64,000 bases of DNA. It comes from a bacterium (GTDB taxonomy: Bacteria > Hinthialibacterota > Hinthialibacteria > Hinthialibacterales > Hinthialibacteraceae). Both the position numbers and the translations under genes were made by a program. This document shows, one piece after another, positions 42,712-52,279 of this stretch. Numbering within the stretch: position 1 is the first letter of the stretch; each line of letters begins with the position of its first letter. Under the pieces are notes generated by a model, which was given only the letters and a program-made list of their open reading frames with translations, was not told where the DNA came from and made no database searches. The stretch is from NCBI GenBank assembly GCA_963662285.2, contig CAXXMV010000002.1:608001-672000 (forward strand), given 5' to 3'.

Positions 42712-44910
42712 CTAGAATTCCTCGAATTCCTGATCCTGTGCGTTATCGATGCGTTCATGCGTTTGGTTTCTCATAGTTGAGGGAGCAGGCAGTGATTTAC
42801 CCATTGATTCATATTGATTTGCAGAGGATTTCGAAACGCCGCTAGAGGCGTATATATTGTTTTGATATGTTTTGACGCGGAAACGACCAACTGTTTCCTG
42901 GAGGAATTGAGCCTGAGAGGCCAATTCTTCACTAGCGGCAGCCGATTGTTCACTGGCGGCGGAATTTTGTTGCGTAACTTCATCCAATTGTGTTATAGCT
43001 TCTTTGATTTGGCTGGCGCCGTTAGCTTGTTCGCCGCATGATTGATTGATGCCTTTAACGCGCTCAGAAGCATTTTGAATTGCGGGAACGACATTTTGAA
43101 TTAGTTTACCGGCTCTTTCCGCCTGAACAACGCTCTCTTTCGCTACTGTACTAATTTCCTTGGCAGCGGCCTGGCTGCGTTCGGCGAGTTTTCGCACTTC
43201 GACCGCGACAACAGCAAATCCCTTACCCATCTCTCCAGCGCGAGCCGCTTCGATAGCGGCGTTAAGCGCTAAGAGGTTGGTTTGATCAGCGATATCGTCG
43301 ATGATGCCGATTTGTTCGGCGATCTTCTTCATGGCCGAGACGGTGTCTATGACGGCGGAACCGCCTTCTTCTGCTTCTTTAGAAGCTTTGATGGTAATGT
43401 TATCGGCATCATTGGCATTGGATGCGTTATTATCAATAGAATTAACCAGTTGTTGAATGGCCGAAGATGTTTCTTCCAGGTTGGCAGCTTGTTCGGTGGC
43501 GCCGCTAGCTAAACTTTGGGATGATGCGGAAAGTTGTTCAGCGCTGGCGGCGACCTGCTCAGCGCCGGCTTGAATATTAGTGACAGTCTCCGCAGTACTT
43601 TCTACCATTTGATTTAGCGCATCACATAGGATGCCGACCTCATCCTTCTGCTTAACGGTAATACTTTGGGTTAAGTCTCCATTGGCTACCTTTTTGGCAA
43701 AATCAACTGCGCGCTGGATTGGATTGGCGATTTTTGAGGCGACGATCATGGCGAGAAATCCAAAGACGCAGCAGAGAATTATGGCGCCGGTTAAAATAAT
43801 ATATTGCATAGCGTTAAGTGAACTATCCACCCGCTTTTGCGCTTCCTGGAAATCGTCTTCATAGGCGCCTGCACCTATGATCCAATCCCATGGTTCAAAG
43901 TAGGTTATCCCTGAAAGTTTATAACGGGCGTTGGTTTCGCCTTGGTTTTTCCAGGGATATCTCTGGTAATCGGCTGATCCATTAGAGGTTGCAAGACCTT
44001 TTCTTACAATTTCCTGAATAAACAGGTTTCCATCGGAATCCTTGGCGTCATAGATATTTTCTCCATCGCGCTGGCCTTTGGCAGAGATAATATAATGACC
44101 CTTTTGCTCACCTGAACCTCCTACAATAAATACATAACCTGTTTTACCGACTACTATATCCATGATTCCTTTGCGTAGACTTTCCACGCTTTCTTCTTTT
44201 ACCGCAACTCCCAACATACCTACAATATTGTTGTTATTGTCTTTGATCGGTTCATAAGCAGTTAGGCACCAATCACCGAGCACTTGCGCTCTCCCCATAT
44301 AGGATTTTCCACTGATTACAGTCGAGATAACCGCATTGGAATTTCCGTTAGCCTGTTTTGCTGGAATATATGTTCCTACTTGACGTGTTCCATCAGAAGA
44401 TTCCGCAGTTGTGCTTATCCGAAGCATATCTCCCGCTTCATTTATTCTTTGGAATATAGTGCAAATAGATCCGATAAGTTGATTGGCTTTATCAACAATG
44501 GGGTATTGTTTTGTCCTTATATCGAATTCACCAAGCCATTGATTTTGCGCCATTAATTTTGGCATCGAGATTTGTTTTGCCTGATTATTGTTTTGATTGA
44601 CAGCATTGATGTTGATGGTTTGTTTGGAAAGAGAGATCGTTCCGGCGGCGTTTAATAAATAACGGGCTACATTGAGGTCTTGCGATACTTTCTGCTGGAC
44701 GCTTTCATTAGTAATCCGGCACATAAGATATACGTCTTTAGCGATCTTGCTCACTTCATTTTTAGCAAGAGCATCTAATTCGACAGATACGGTGGTTTGG
44801 AGTTCTCCTCTTTGCCATACAATCACTAATACCAGAACCAATGAAGTCAATAATACTGCTCCCGAACATAAAATCATTATTTTGGATTTGATAGAATTCA
44901 TTTTGATCAT
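42712..44910 (-). CDS. Methyl-accepting chemotaxis protein (Cache sensor domains, HAMP, signalling domain)
   Basis: Two TMs, [31 protein letters not shown]-terminal CheR/CheB-tethering pentapeptide EFEEF; AAGGAGG RBS before ATG 44910. Confidence 0.95.
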   Translation of the reverse strand: MIKMNSIKSKIMILCSGAVLLTSLVLVLVIVWQRGELQTTVSVELDALAKNEVSKIAKDVYLMCRITNESVQQKVSQDLNVARYLLNAAGTISLSKQTININAVNQNNNQAKQISMPKLMAQNQWLGEFDIRTKQYPIVDKANQLIGSICTIFQRINEAGDMLRISTTAESSDGTRQVGTYIPAKQANGNSNAVISTVISGKSYMGRAQVLGDWCLTAYEPIKDNNNNIVGMLGVAVKEESVESLRKGIMDIVVGKTGYVFIVGGSGEQKGHYIISAKGQRDGENIYDAKDSDGNLFIQEIVRKGLATSNGSADYQRYPWKNQGETNARYKLSGITYFEPWDWIIGAGAYEDDFQEAQKRVDSSLNAMQYIILTGAIILCCVFGFLAMIVASKIANPIQRAVDFAKKVANGDLTQSITVKQKDEVGILCDALNQMVESTAETVTNIQAGAEQVAASAEQLSASSQSLASGATEQAANLEETSSAIQQLVNSIDNNASNANDADNITIKASKEAEEGGSAVIDTVSAMKKIAEQIGIIDDIADQTNLLALNAAIEAARAGEMGKGFAVVAVEVRKLAERSQAAAKEISTVAKESVVQAERAGKLIQNVVPAIQNASERVKGINQSCGEQANGASQIKEAITQLDEVTQQNSAASEQSAAASEELASQAQFLQETVGRFRVKTYQNNIYASSGVSKSSANQYESMGKSLPAPSTMRNQTHERIDNAQDQEFEEF

Positions 44911-45522
44911 GATAAGCGCCTCCTTAAACATAACTTTAAACAAAAGTTTAAGCAATACAGGCGCCAATATCGCAAATGCAATCGATAGATCGAAAATATA
45001 TTATTTAATGATATAGTAATAAAATTGTTAAGGATTACAAAAAATATTTCTAGAGGAATGAATTATTACTTTTATATAACAAATTATTGCTTTTTTGGAA
45101 TGTAATATTGTCCTTTTTTTATTTTATGATATTTGTCAATTAAATAGTTTAGATTAATGTTAATTGTTATGCGATGTTTAATGAACCCGATTGTGATATC
45201 GATATTTTTATAATTATTAATTTCGATTACAAATTACATAAATTTTGTAATATCTTGAATTACAACAATAAAGTGGAATGATATGGAGTCGGATTGATCG
45301 AAAATTCAGTAGGAATTTCAATCTTCTATTAAATAATGAGAGTAGATATATTAATACGTATAATTATTATTGATTTATTTAAAAAGTATAGCTTAAAATA
45401 CAATATACTTTTGAGCACATTTTTCACTACAATGATTTATCATTATCGCCTAAGGTTTAAATTATTCCATAATTTTTGTATATTATCCATGAATTATAAT
45501 AAAAATACTGCAGGATAAAAAA

Positions 45523-45834
45523 ATGCAAATTAACGTTTCAACAGATGAAAGCGGTTCTGTGATTTCCATCAAAGGCCGATTGGATGCTCTTTCGGTGGTA
45601 GAATTCGAACAAACCATTAAATCCTATGTAGAAGAAGGATCATCTTCCCTGACTCTCGATTTTGCTGAAGTAGTATATATATCGAGCAGCGGCTTACGGG
45701 TTATAATGAATGCAGTGAAGTTGCTTGAAAAGCAAAAACGCTGCTTGATAATTCGCAATGCGCAACCCAATGTTTATAGCATCTTTGTGCTTACTGGTTT
45801 TGATAAATTTATTGAAATCTCTCAGTTGACATAA
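45523..45834 (+). CDS. STAS-domain anti-sigma-factor antagonist (SpoIIAA/RsbV-like)
   Basis: GRLDA, LDFAEVVYISSSGLR (phospho-acceptor Ser) and LTGF. Confidence 0.9.
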   Translation: MQINVSTDESGSVISIKGRLDALSVVEFEQTIKSYVEEGSSSLTLDFAEVVYISSSGLRVIMNAVKLLEKQKRCLIIRNAQPNVYSIFVLTGFDKFIEISQLT

Positions 45835-45938
45835 TTAGAGAGGTTTACTAAAAACATTTTCTTCGTTTTCAAAAAATACGCCTAATCATTTAGCGACCGC
45901 TATATCCAATCCGATTCTATTTTTACGCGGAGACCATA

Positions 45939-47675
45939 ATGCTTGAAAATCATACCTGGCAAAGTATCCCTGGAACCAGCTCCTGCGAAATATATCCGCT
46001 AGAAAGAAAACCAGATATCAAAAGCAGCAACTCTTATATCATTCAATCCGAGACGGAAATTATCGTTATCGATCCTGGGGCGGATAAGAAACAAATTGAG
46101 CAAATCGCGGATGTCTTGATTCACGCAACCGGTTCAAAGAAAAAAATAGTATTCATTATCCTGACCCATTGTCATTTCGATCATTTCAAAGGAGCGCAGA
46201 AACTTATTCTATTGCTTGGGTATCCTTGTTATCTCTGCGTTCAAGAAAACGGAGCGCAGGCTCTTGAATCAGGAGATGAAAAACTGACATTGTCATATCT
46301 CTATAATCATAAGTTGCCAAAGCATTCGGTAGATATAAGATTATTGATGGATAGTGATTGGGAAACGGCAAGAAACCGTGCGGTTCACTTAGCCAAGAAT
46401 GCCCAGATTATTTTACATAATGAAATACAGACAATCTCTGATAGTAAACAACTCCTATGTCAATCAATGTCTCTTGGAAAATCTGATTCGCTATTTTTTT
46501 ATCATACTCCTGGTCATAGCCCGGATAGTATCTGCATCCGTATCGGAAAAATTTTATTTTCCGGAGATCTGTTATTGGCTTCCAATCCCGGTATTGCTGG
46601 AATTCCAGGTTGGGACAAAGAAGGTTTAATCAATTCTCTGGATAATATCCAATGGTTGGTTAATCAAGCAGATATCGAAATCTGTACTTTAGGGCATGGT
46701 AGAGCTTTATCGGGCGCAAAATTACCTTTAATTCTGCAACGAACGATTCCTTTTACCAAACGCTTGGATAATATCGTCGAATTGGACATGCAAAGGGCGC
46801 ATTTTCTGGATGATTACGCCAAGCATTTACTGGATGAAGTTTCCGAATTGTTCTCTGTTATATCCGGTAAGTTATTATCTCTTTCGTACCACTTGGAGAG
46901 TTTGTCTGAGGAAGAGGAAGCCCGAAAAATTTTGGACAAATTGGATATCGACGCTATTGATGGCTTTTTGTCGGATTTTAACCAATATGCCAATGAGTAT
47001 GGCGCCGGTAACCGGTTGAAGATGGAGATTCCCCTGAAAGCCATTCAAGTCATCATCAGCATCAAGAAAATCTTTGATGATGAAAAGTTGCAAAGCGTGA
47101 TTGATGTCTCCCTGCTGCGTAGGGTAAGATGGTTGATCTTGGATTTTCTCAATATAATGCAGGGTTTCCGCGAGGAAGTGCTGGGCAAAAGTGAAAATAT
47201 CAGCCATCTTTTCATTGCGTATTTAACTGAACTGCAAAAGCCGGTTATCCAGGATAAGGATTTTATGGATTCGTCGGGTGATGAAAATGCCTTTGTCCAG
47301 GAAATGATCCGGCGCATCGCCTTACGCAATATTTATGAGGATGTGAAAATTACCTTCACTGCGATGATTGGCGTCCCGGATGTTTATATCGAAAAAGAGC
47401 GCTTCTGCGATATGATGACTGCCATTTTTGAATCCATCGTAACTGCTGGCGCCAAACATATTCAGGTTGTAGTTTCACAAAACAACAACAAAATTCTTAT
47501 CGAATTAAAATCAACTCCAGAGATGGACTTTGAACATGTATTGAGTAGAAAAGCCCGGTTTATAGAGCGTATCTTCATGATGTTCGGAGCAAAGTTTTTA
47601 TGTAAAGAAGGCGACCACAATGGCCGCTTGATAATCGAATTGCTGCCAGCCGCTGATTGTTTCATGGTTAATTAA
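45939..47675 (+). CDS. MBL-fold metallo-hydrolase fused to a helical plus kinase-ATPase-like C-terminal region
   Basis: IDPG, THCHFDH, PGHSPD, SGD and GHG metal motifs in the first ~260 aa; the C-terminal half has a helical bundle then a degenerate GHKL-like pattern. Confidence 0.7.
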   Translation: MLENHTWQSIPGTSSCEIYPLERKPDIKSSNSYIIQSETEIIVIDPGADKKQIEQIADVLIHATGSKKKIVFIILTHCHFDHFKGAQKLILLLGYPCYLCVQENGAQALESGDEKLTLSYLYNHKLPKHSVDIRLLMDSDWETARNRAVHLAKNAQIILHNEIQTISDSKQLLCQSMSLGKSDSLFFYHTPGHSPDSICIRIGKILFSGDLLLASNPGIAGIPGWDKEGLINSLDNIQWLVNQADIEICTLGHGRALSGAKLPLILQRTIPFTKRLDNIVELDMQRAHFLDDYAKHLLDEVSELFSVISGKLLSLSYHLESLSEEEEARKILDKLDIDAIDGFLSDFNQYANEYGAGNRLKMEIPLKAIQVIISIKKIFDDEKLQSVIDVSLLRRVRWLILDFLNIMQGFREEVLGKSENISHLFIAYLTELQKPVIQDKDFMDSSGDENAFVQEMIRRIALRNIYEDVKITFTAMIGVPDVYIEKERFCDMMTAIFESIVTAGAKHIQVVVSQNNNKILIELKSTPEMDFEHVLSRKARFIERIFMMFGAKFLCKEGDHNGRLIIELLPAADCFMVN

Positions 47676-48370
47676 GAATTGAGTGCAGTGATGAATTTTT
47701 TCAAGGATTCAATAATTTTTTCTTTTTTAATTTGGTTGCTAAAGAAAAAATCTCGTCTTATTTCCAATTGAAGCCAGGGGAGTTCAGGATAATGACTTTG
47801 GATAAGATTCCCACCCTTAAAGGGATGGTTGATTGCAGCTTCGAAGCCAAAGCATTCCGTGAAGCATTTAGCCAGTAAATCCATCCATCCTGGAGGAAGT
47901 GTTTTTCCCTCTCTATCACTCAAACAAATTTCGGGTCGCTTGATTCCCTCCCCAGGTCCAATGGGAGGGCCTTCAGTGGCCATGGTATGGCAATCAATCC
48001 CCAAAATTATATTTGTATTTTTACTTTTTCTTGTCAATTCATGATGATAGGGATAATAGTATTTTTCCAGTAACTGGTTGATTACAATTTCTGGTAATTT
48101 CTGGTTATATACAGGAACATTCCAACAGGTATGCGTTTTTACTACTCCATCAGCGCGACGATCATCAATTTCTCTGTTTAAATCTACAATAGCGCGGGCT
48201 ATATTGGTCGTGACATATTCATTAACCTGTTCTTTGATTGAATAAATATCTGCGGCATATTCATCGCCGTCTTTGACAATATCGTCTCGCGTAAGGCTGC
48301 AAAATGGTTGAACCTCAAGAGGAACATCCAAACCGGCATGAGGCGATGAAATTATAATGGGTAATGTCAT
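47672..48370 (-). CDS. N-formylglutamate amidohydrolase-family protein
   Basis: SSPHAG, RAIVDLNR, YYYPYH, IDCHTM, NHPFKGG and LQLEIRR. Confidence 0.9.
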   Translation of the reverse strand: MTLPIIISSPHAGLDVPLEVQPFCSLTRDDIVKDGDEYAADIYSIKEQVNEYVTTNIARAIVDLNREIDDRRADGVVKTHTCWNVPVYNQKLPEIVINQLLEKYYYPYHHELTRKSKNTNIILGIDCHTMATEGPPIGPGEGIKRPEICLSDREGKTLPPGWMDLLAKCFTECFGFEAAINHPFKGGNLIQSHYPELPWLQLEIRRDFFFSNQIKKEKIIESLKKFITALNS

Positions 48371-49974
48371 TTTACCGGCCCCTTGGCGGAGCCGTCGCGG
48401 CGTTGATCGGCTACGCCGATAAATTCTTTGCGATCATGCATTACGAGGTTGATACTGCCTAAATAAAATGAAAAAGGTTCCCGAACTTTAATCTGATAAC
48501 CATGTTTTATTAACACGTCAGGGATATCGTTTCTCATTCGAGAGCCTTCAAGATGAACCAATCCCTGTAAAGTACAGTGTATGCGGGGCGCTGTTACCGC
48601 TTCTAAGGGAGACTGTTTATTTAATCTCATCAAAACTTGCAGGATCGATGGCGTAATCCGGTCGCTGCCTGGCGATCCGATAGCCAACCACGGCCTTCGA
48701 CCCTGAAAAACTATAGTAGGCGCAACGCTGGCCCAAGGAACCGCATTAGGTCTTAGATAATATGGGTGTGATATATCTTTAAATTCAAAAGCGCTCATAT
48801 AGTTGTTATATAGAAATCCCAACTCAGGCGATGCTTCGCATGAACCGTAGACTTTTTCTATAGATTGAGTCAATGCAACAACATTTCCATTTCGATCTAT
48901 AATTGATAAATGAGTGGTCTCTCCATGAGTCTTGATTCTTCTCCGGATTTGTTTGGCGACAAGTTTGGTATAATCTTCACTCAACATTTTTCTATCTTCC
49001 ACTTGGGGATAGAAACTGGGATCAAAAGGCCGGTCGCGCCGGTCTAGAAAAGCCCGGCGGATCAATTCTGCTAAAATAAGTACTCCACGGGGCGTGTCAA
49101 AATCCCGTTCTTTTTCTGGAATAGACATCAGCAGATTGATCATTTCAATAAGAGTGCGTCCCGCTCCGGGAGGTGGAAAAGTGATCAATCGTTTTCCTTC
49201 ATACCTGACGCTGATCGGTCGCCTTTCTATAGGCCACGGTATTTGAGCTAAATCATCCAATTGAATTAAGCCGTTATTTGCCGCCATATCAGCATGTATT
49301 TTTTGTGCAATATCCCCATTGTAAAAATCTTCAACTCCCTTTTCCATTAACTGAGTCAAGGTCTCTGCTAATACCGGCTGCTTAAATAAATCGCCTGGAT
49401 TATAAGCAACTTGTCCATCTTTAAGAAATAAACTACCCGCGGTTCGGGATTTCAGATGCGCTGATTCTCGTTGCAGCAGCCGACTTTGTAAATCTGTAAT
49501 GTGATAACCTGATTTAGCCAATTCAATAACCGGTTCAAGAATTTTGTTTATTGAATATGTGCCATATGTTTTTCTGGCGTATTCCAGAACTGCGGGCGTG
49601 CTTGGAACCGTGGTGGAGCGGCGCCCCCGGTTTCGTTCCCTTCTAGGGATAAGGCCTGGTGTTGCGCGATTAGGCGCACGGGATGAGCCATCCAAAGCGA
49701 AAGTTCGTCTTGGCTCTATGGTGTGAATCAGCATCATCGTCTGTCCGCCAAGACCTGATGCTTGCGGTTCGCAAACTCCTAAGGCGAAAGCGGCGGCGAC
49801 AGCCGCATCAATAGCGTTTCCTCCTTGTTCAAGAACGGCGCATCCTATATCTGTTGCGCAGGGATGAGCCGTTGAAACCATTCCATAATGGGAAACAGCC
49901 AGTTTCTGAGGATAACTTTCTTCTATGCATGAATCAATTTGTTCCTCTGATATTTCTAATTGATTCGTAGACAT
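48367..49974 (-). CDS. ggt: Gamma-glutamyltransferase family protein (no signal peptide)
   Basis: GGNAIDAAVA, EPQASGLGG, nucleophile E-T-T-HLS and GSPGS. Confidence 0.9.
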   Translation of the reverse strand: MSTNQLEISEEQIDSCIEESYPQKLAVSHYGMVSTAHPCATDIGCAVLEQGGNAIDAAVAAAFALGVCEPQASGLGGQTMMLIHTIEPRRTFALDGSSRAPNRATPGLIPRRERNRGRRSTTVPSTPAVLEYARKTYGTYSINKILEPVIELAKSGYHITDLQSRLLQRESAHLKSRTAGSLFLKDGQVAYNPGDLFKQPVLAETLTQLMEKGVEDFYNGDIAQKIHADMAANNGLIQLDDLAQIPWPIERRPISVRYEGKRLITFPPPGAGRTLIEMINLLMSIPEKERDFDTPRGVLILAELIRRAFLDRRDRPFDPSFYPQVEDRKMLSEDYTKLVAKQIRRRIKTHGETTHLSIIDRNGNVVALTQSIEKVYGSCEASPELGFLYNNYMSAFEFKDISHPYYLRPNAVPWASVAPTIVFQGRRPWLAIGSPGSDRITPSILQVLMRLNKQSPLEAVTAPRIHCTLQGLVHLEGSRMRNDIPDVLIKHGYQIKVREPFSFYLGSINLVMHDRKEFIGVADQRRDGSAKGPVK

Positions 49975-49981
49975 GTTTGTC

Positions 49982-52126
49982 CTATTCTTTCGTGGCGAGA
50001 TATTGAGCCAATAATAATGTGCGTTGTAGAAGACTTATTCTACTGATAGATTCATCTGGCGCATGTAAATTGTGAGTCACCGGACCCATTCCGCAAATAA
50101 CGGGAACCGAAGAAGGCGCCATGCCTGCAACTGAAGGAACCGCCGAGGACTGTTCAGTTAATTTGATATCCCATGTTTCGGCTAAGTTAATGATTTCTTT
50201 CGCCATTTTGGATCCTGCGCGGCTTTTAATCATAGGAGGCCGATCAGATACAAGTTCAAATTCAGCATTAAATTCTTTTTGCATCAAACTATTTCTCATC
50301 TTCTTTTCGGCTTCATCGGCGTTTTGTTGTTTTATATAGTTCATGATAACAGAGGCTTCGACCCGGTGAGGCAACTGCATGGGAAAAGATTCTGTATGAA
50401 AATCCACCGCAGCGATAGACAACCGTTTTTCACTAATACTAAGATCGGAAAATTCGGTTAACTTCGCACTGGCCCATCGAAAAGGGCCATGTTTTTTGAC
50501 GTTTTTATCAATGCGACGCCCTTTTCCTTCAACAACCAAATGATAGAGCCGTTGACCTCTACGTTCTACGATGAGGGATTCATCATGGATGCTTGGGCAT
50601 ACAACAATTACCCGATCTGCCCTTTCAATCGCAAGATCAATTAGATCGGAACTATAACGGCACTCCATCCCCTCGTCGCAATATAAAAGAACTCCTATGC
50701 GGCGTTTAGCCAGAGAACGGGATAATTGTAAAGCCCGAAGCGCAAATTCAATCTCTACCAAAGGACCACGCGATGAACCAATTCCTTCGCCATATAAAGC
50801 TTCCGGTTCACGGCGGAAACGTTGAAAAGGTTCTGAAGATTTTAGCGGAACATCCAAATGAGCAATTATGAGCGTCCCATTTTGAAGACCCGCATTGGTT
50901 TCCCAAGTCCACACGATTGGATCATCGGATAAATCATCGACCAGTTTCATTTTTACATCATTAAAAACCGATTGCATTTCCCGGTATGCATGTCGTATTC
51001 CAACCAGGTTATCGGTTCTGCTATGCAACCGAGTCCAACTATCTAAGCGGTCTTCGATGCGGTCGCGACGCTGCGTTACAAAAGAAAAAATGGATGAATC
51101 AAGACTTTGTTTGCGGCGTTGGAGCGGCGGTGGTTCTGGCGTTCCGAAATATCTAGCGTTGGCAACTTCAACCAGACGATTAACAACCGCCTTAAAATCA
51201 AGACCGGCAAATGCTGCTCCGACAAGATACGAGCCATGTTCTCCCAGACTTGGAAGACTGTTGATCTCCAATATATATAAATTCCCCTCTGCATCCAAAC
51301 GCATATCGATACGGGCGCAGTCGTAACACCCCAATACTTTAAATGCTTGTAGGGAAATCTCTTGCGCTTTGGCCGCAACGTCTTTGTTGATGGGAGCCGG
51401 GCATTGATATAATACTTCTCTACCGGATTTCCGTTGCTTGTCCTCCATCGTGTAAATATTGGGGCCGCCTTCTCCAAATATCAGCTCGACGGGAGAAAAT
51501 ATTTCAGGATTATCATTACCCAGAATCCCCACATTAATTTCACGTCCATCAATATATCTTTCAACCAAAACCGGTTGTTGGTATTTTTCGAAGATAACCA
51601 GCGCTGCGTCGTGCAGTTCCTCGTCATTATTCACAATACGAATACCAAACGAAACCGCTTCGTTTTTAGGCTTGACGATTAGAGGATATGCAAGATTCGG
51701 GATGGTGAAATCAGGCCTGTCTAAAACCGCAAAATCAGGCGTAGGCAGACCATGTTGCTGGAACAACATTTTGGCTACAACCTTGTCCAGCGCCAGAGAA
51801 TGCGCCAACGGTCCGGAACCAACGTAGGGGATCCCAACCATTTCGAGTATGGAGGGTACATGAGTATACCTGGCCTGTCCCTGTATACCGTATGAAATGT
51901 TAAACACCATCCCCGGCAATTCGCCTTTGATTACACGAGGCATAAAATGTTCAAGATTGTCGACCAGGTCTTTATCTCCCTCAAAAGATTTGACTTGATG
52001 TCCGCCCTTCTTGAGCGCATCAGTAATGCGCTTGATCGAGTTCATTCCATACTTTTCCCTGTTTGGAACGCCAAACAGGTTGATTACCCGATTACTGTCC
52101 CGGTTATAAACAATCGCTACTTTCAT
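49982..52126 (-). CDS. D-Ala-D-Ala-ligase-like ATP-grasp domain fused to an M20/M25/M40-fold peptidase domain
   Basis: IPYVGS, LALDK, YPLIVKP, VERYIDGRE, ARIDMR and EINSLP in the first ~330 aa; AHLDV and LHAPDE in the C-terminal half. Confidence 0.85.
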   Translation of the reverse strand: MKVAIVYNRDSNRVINLFGVPNREKYGMNSIKRITDALKKGGHQVKSFEGDKDLVDNLEHFMPRVIKGELPGMVFNISYGIQGQARYTHVPSILEMVGIPYVGSGPLAHSLALDKVVAKMLFQQHGLPTPDFAVLDRPDFTIPNLAYPLIVKPKNEAVSFGIRIVNNDEELHDAALVIFEKYQQPVLVERYIDGREINVGILGNDNPEIFSPVELIFGEGGPNIYTMEDKQRKSGREVLYQCPAPINKDVAAKAQEISLQAFKVLGCYDCARIDMRLDAEGNLYILEINSLPSLGEHGSYLVGAAFAGLDFKAVVNRLVEVANARYFGTPEPPPLQRRKQSLDSSIFSFVTQRRDRIEDRLDSWTRLHSRTDNLVGIRHAYREMQSVFNDVKMKLVDDLSDDPIVWTWETNAGLQNGTLIIAHLDVPLKSSEPFQRFRREPEALYGEGIGSSRGPLVEIEFALRALQLSRSLAKRRIGVLLYCDEGMECRYSSDLIDLAIERADRVIVVCPSIHDESLIVERRGQRLYHLVVEGKGRRIDKNVKKHGPFRWASAKLTEFSDLSISEKRLSIAAVDFHTESFPMQLPHRVEASVIMNYIKQQNADEAEKKMRNSLMQKEFNAEFELVSDRPPMIKSRAGSKMAKEIINLAETWDIKLTEQSSAVPSVAGMAPSSVPVICGMGPVTHNLHAPDESISRISLLQRTLLLAQYLATKE

Positions 52127-52279
52127 TACTTGTTCCTCGATTTAAAAATAATGTGCTCAGTATTATAGGTTTATTAAATATGCTTAAATAGGCAGAGTGG
52201 AAAAATAATCTTTGCTTTTTGATCTATTTTGTTTTGTTGGGTGGGGATAAAAGAAAATCGTAACTTACTCAAAAAAAAC

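Noticed and set aside
47672-48370. Histidine utilisation gene hutG
   Set aside because: No hutH/U/I nearby and it is coupled to GGT and an ATP-grasp ligase, so only a family-level call is given.
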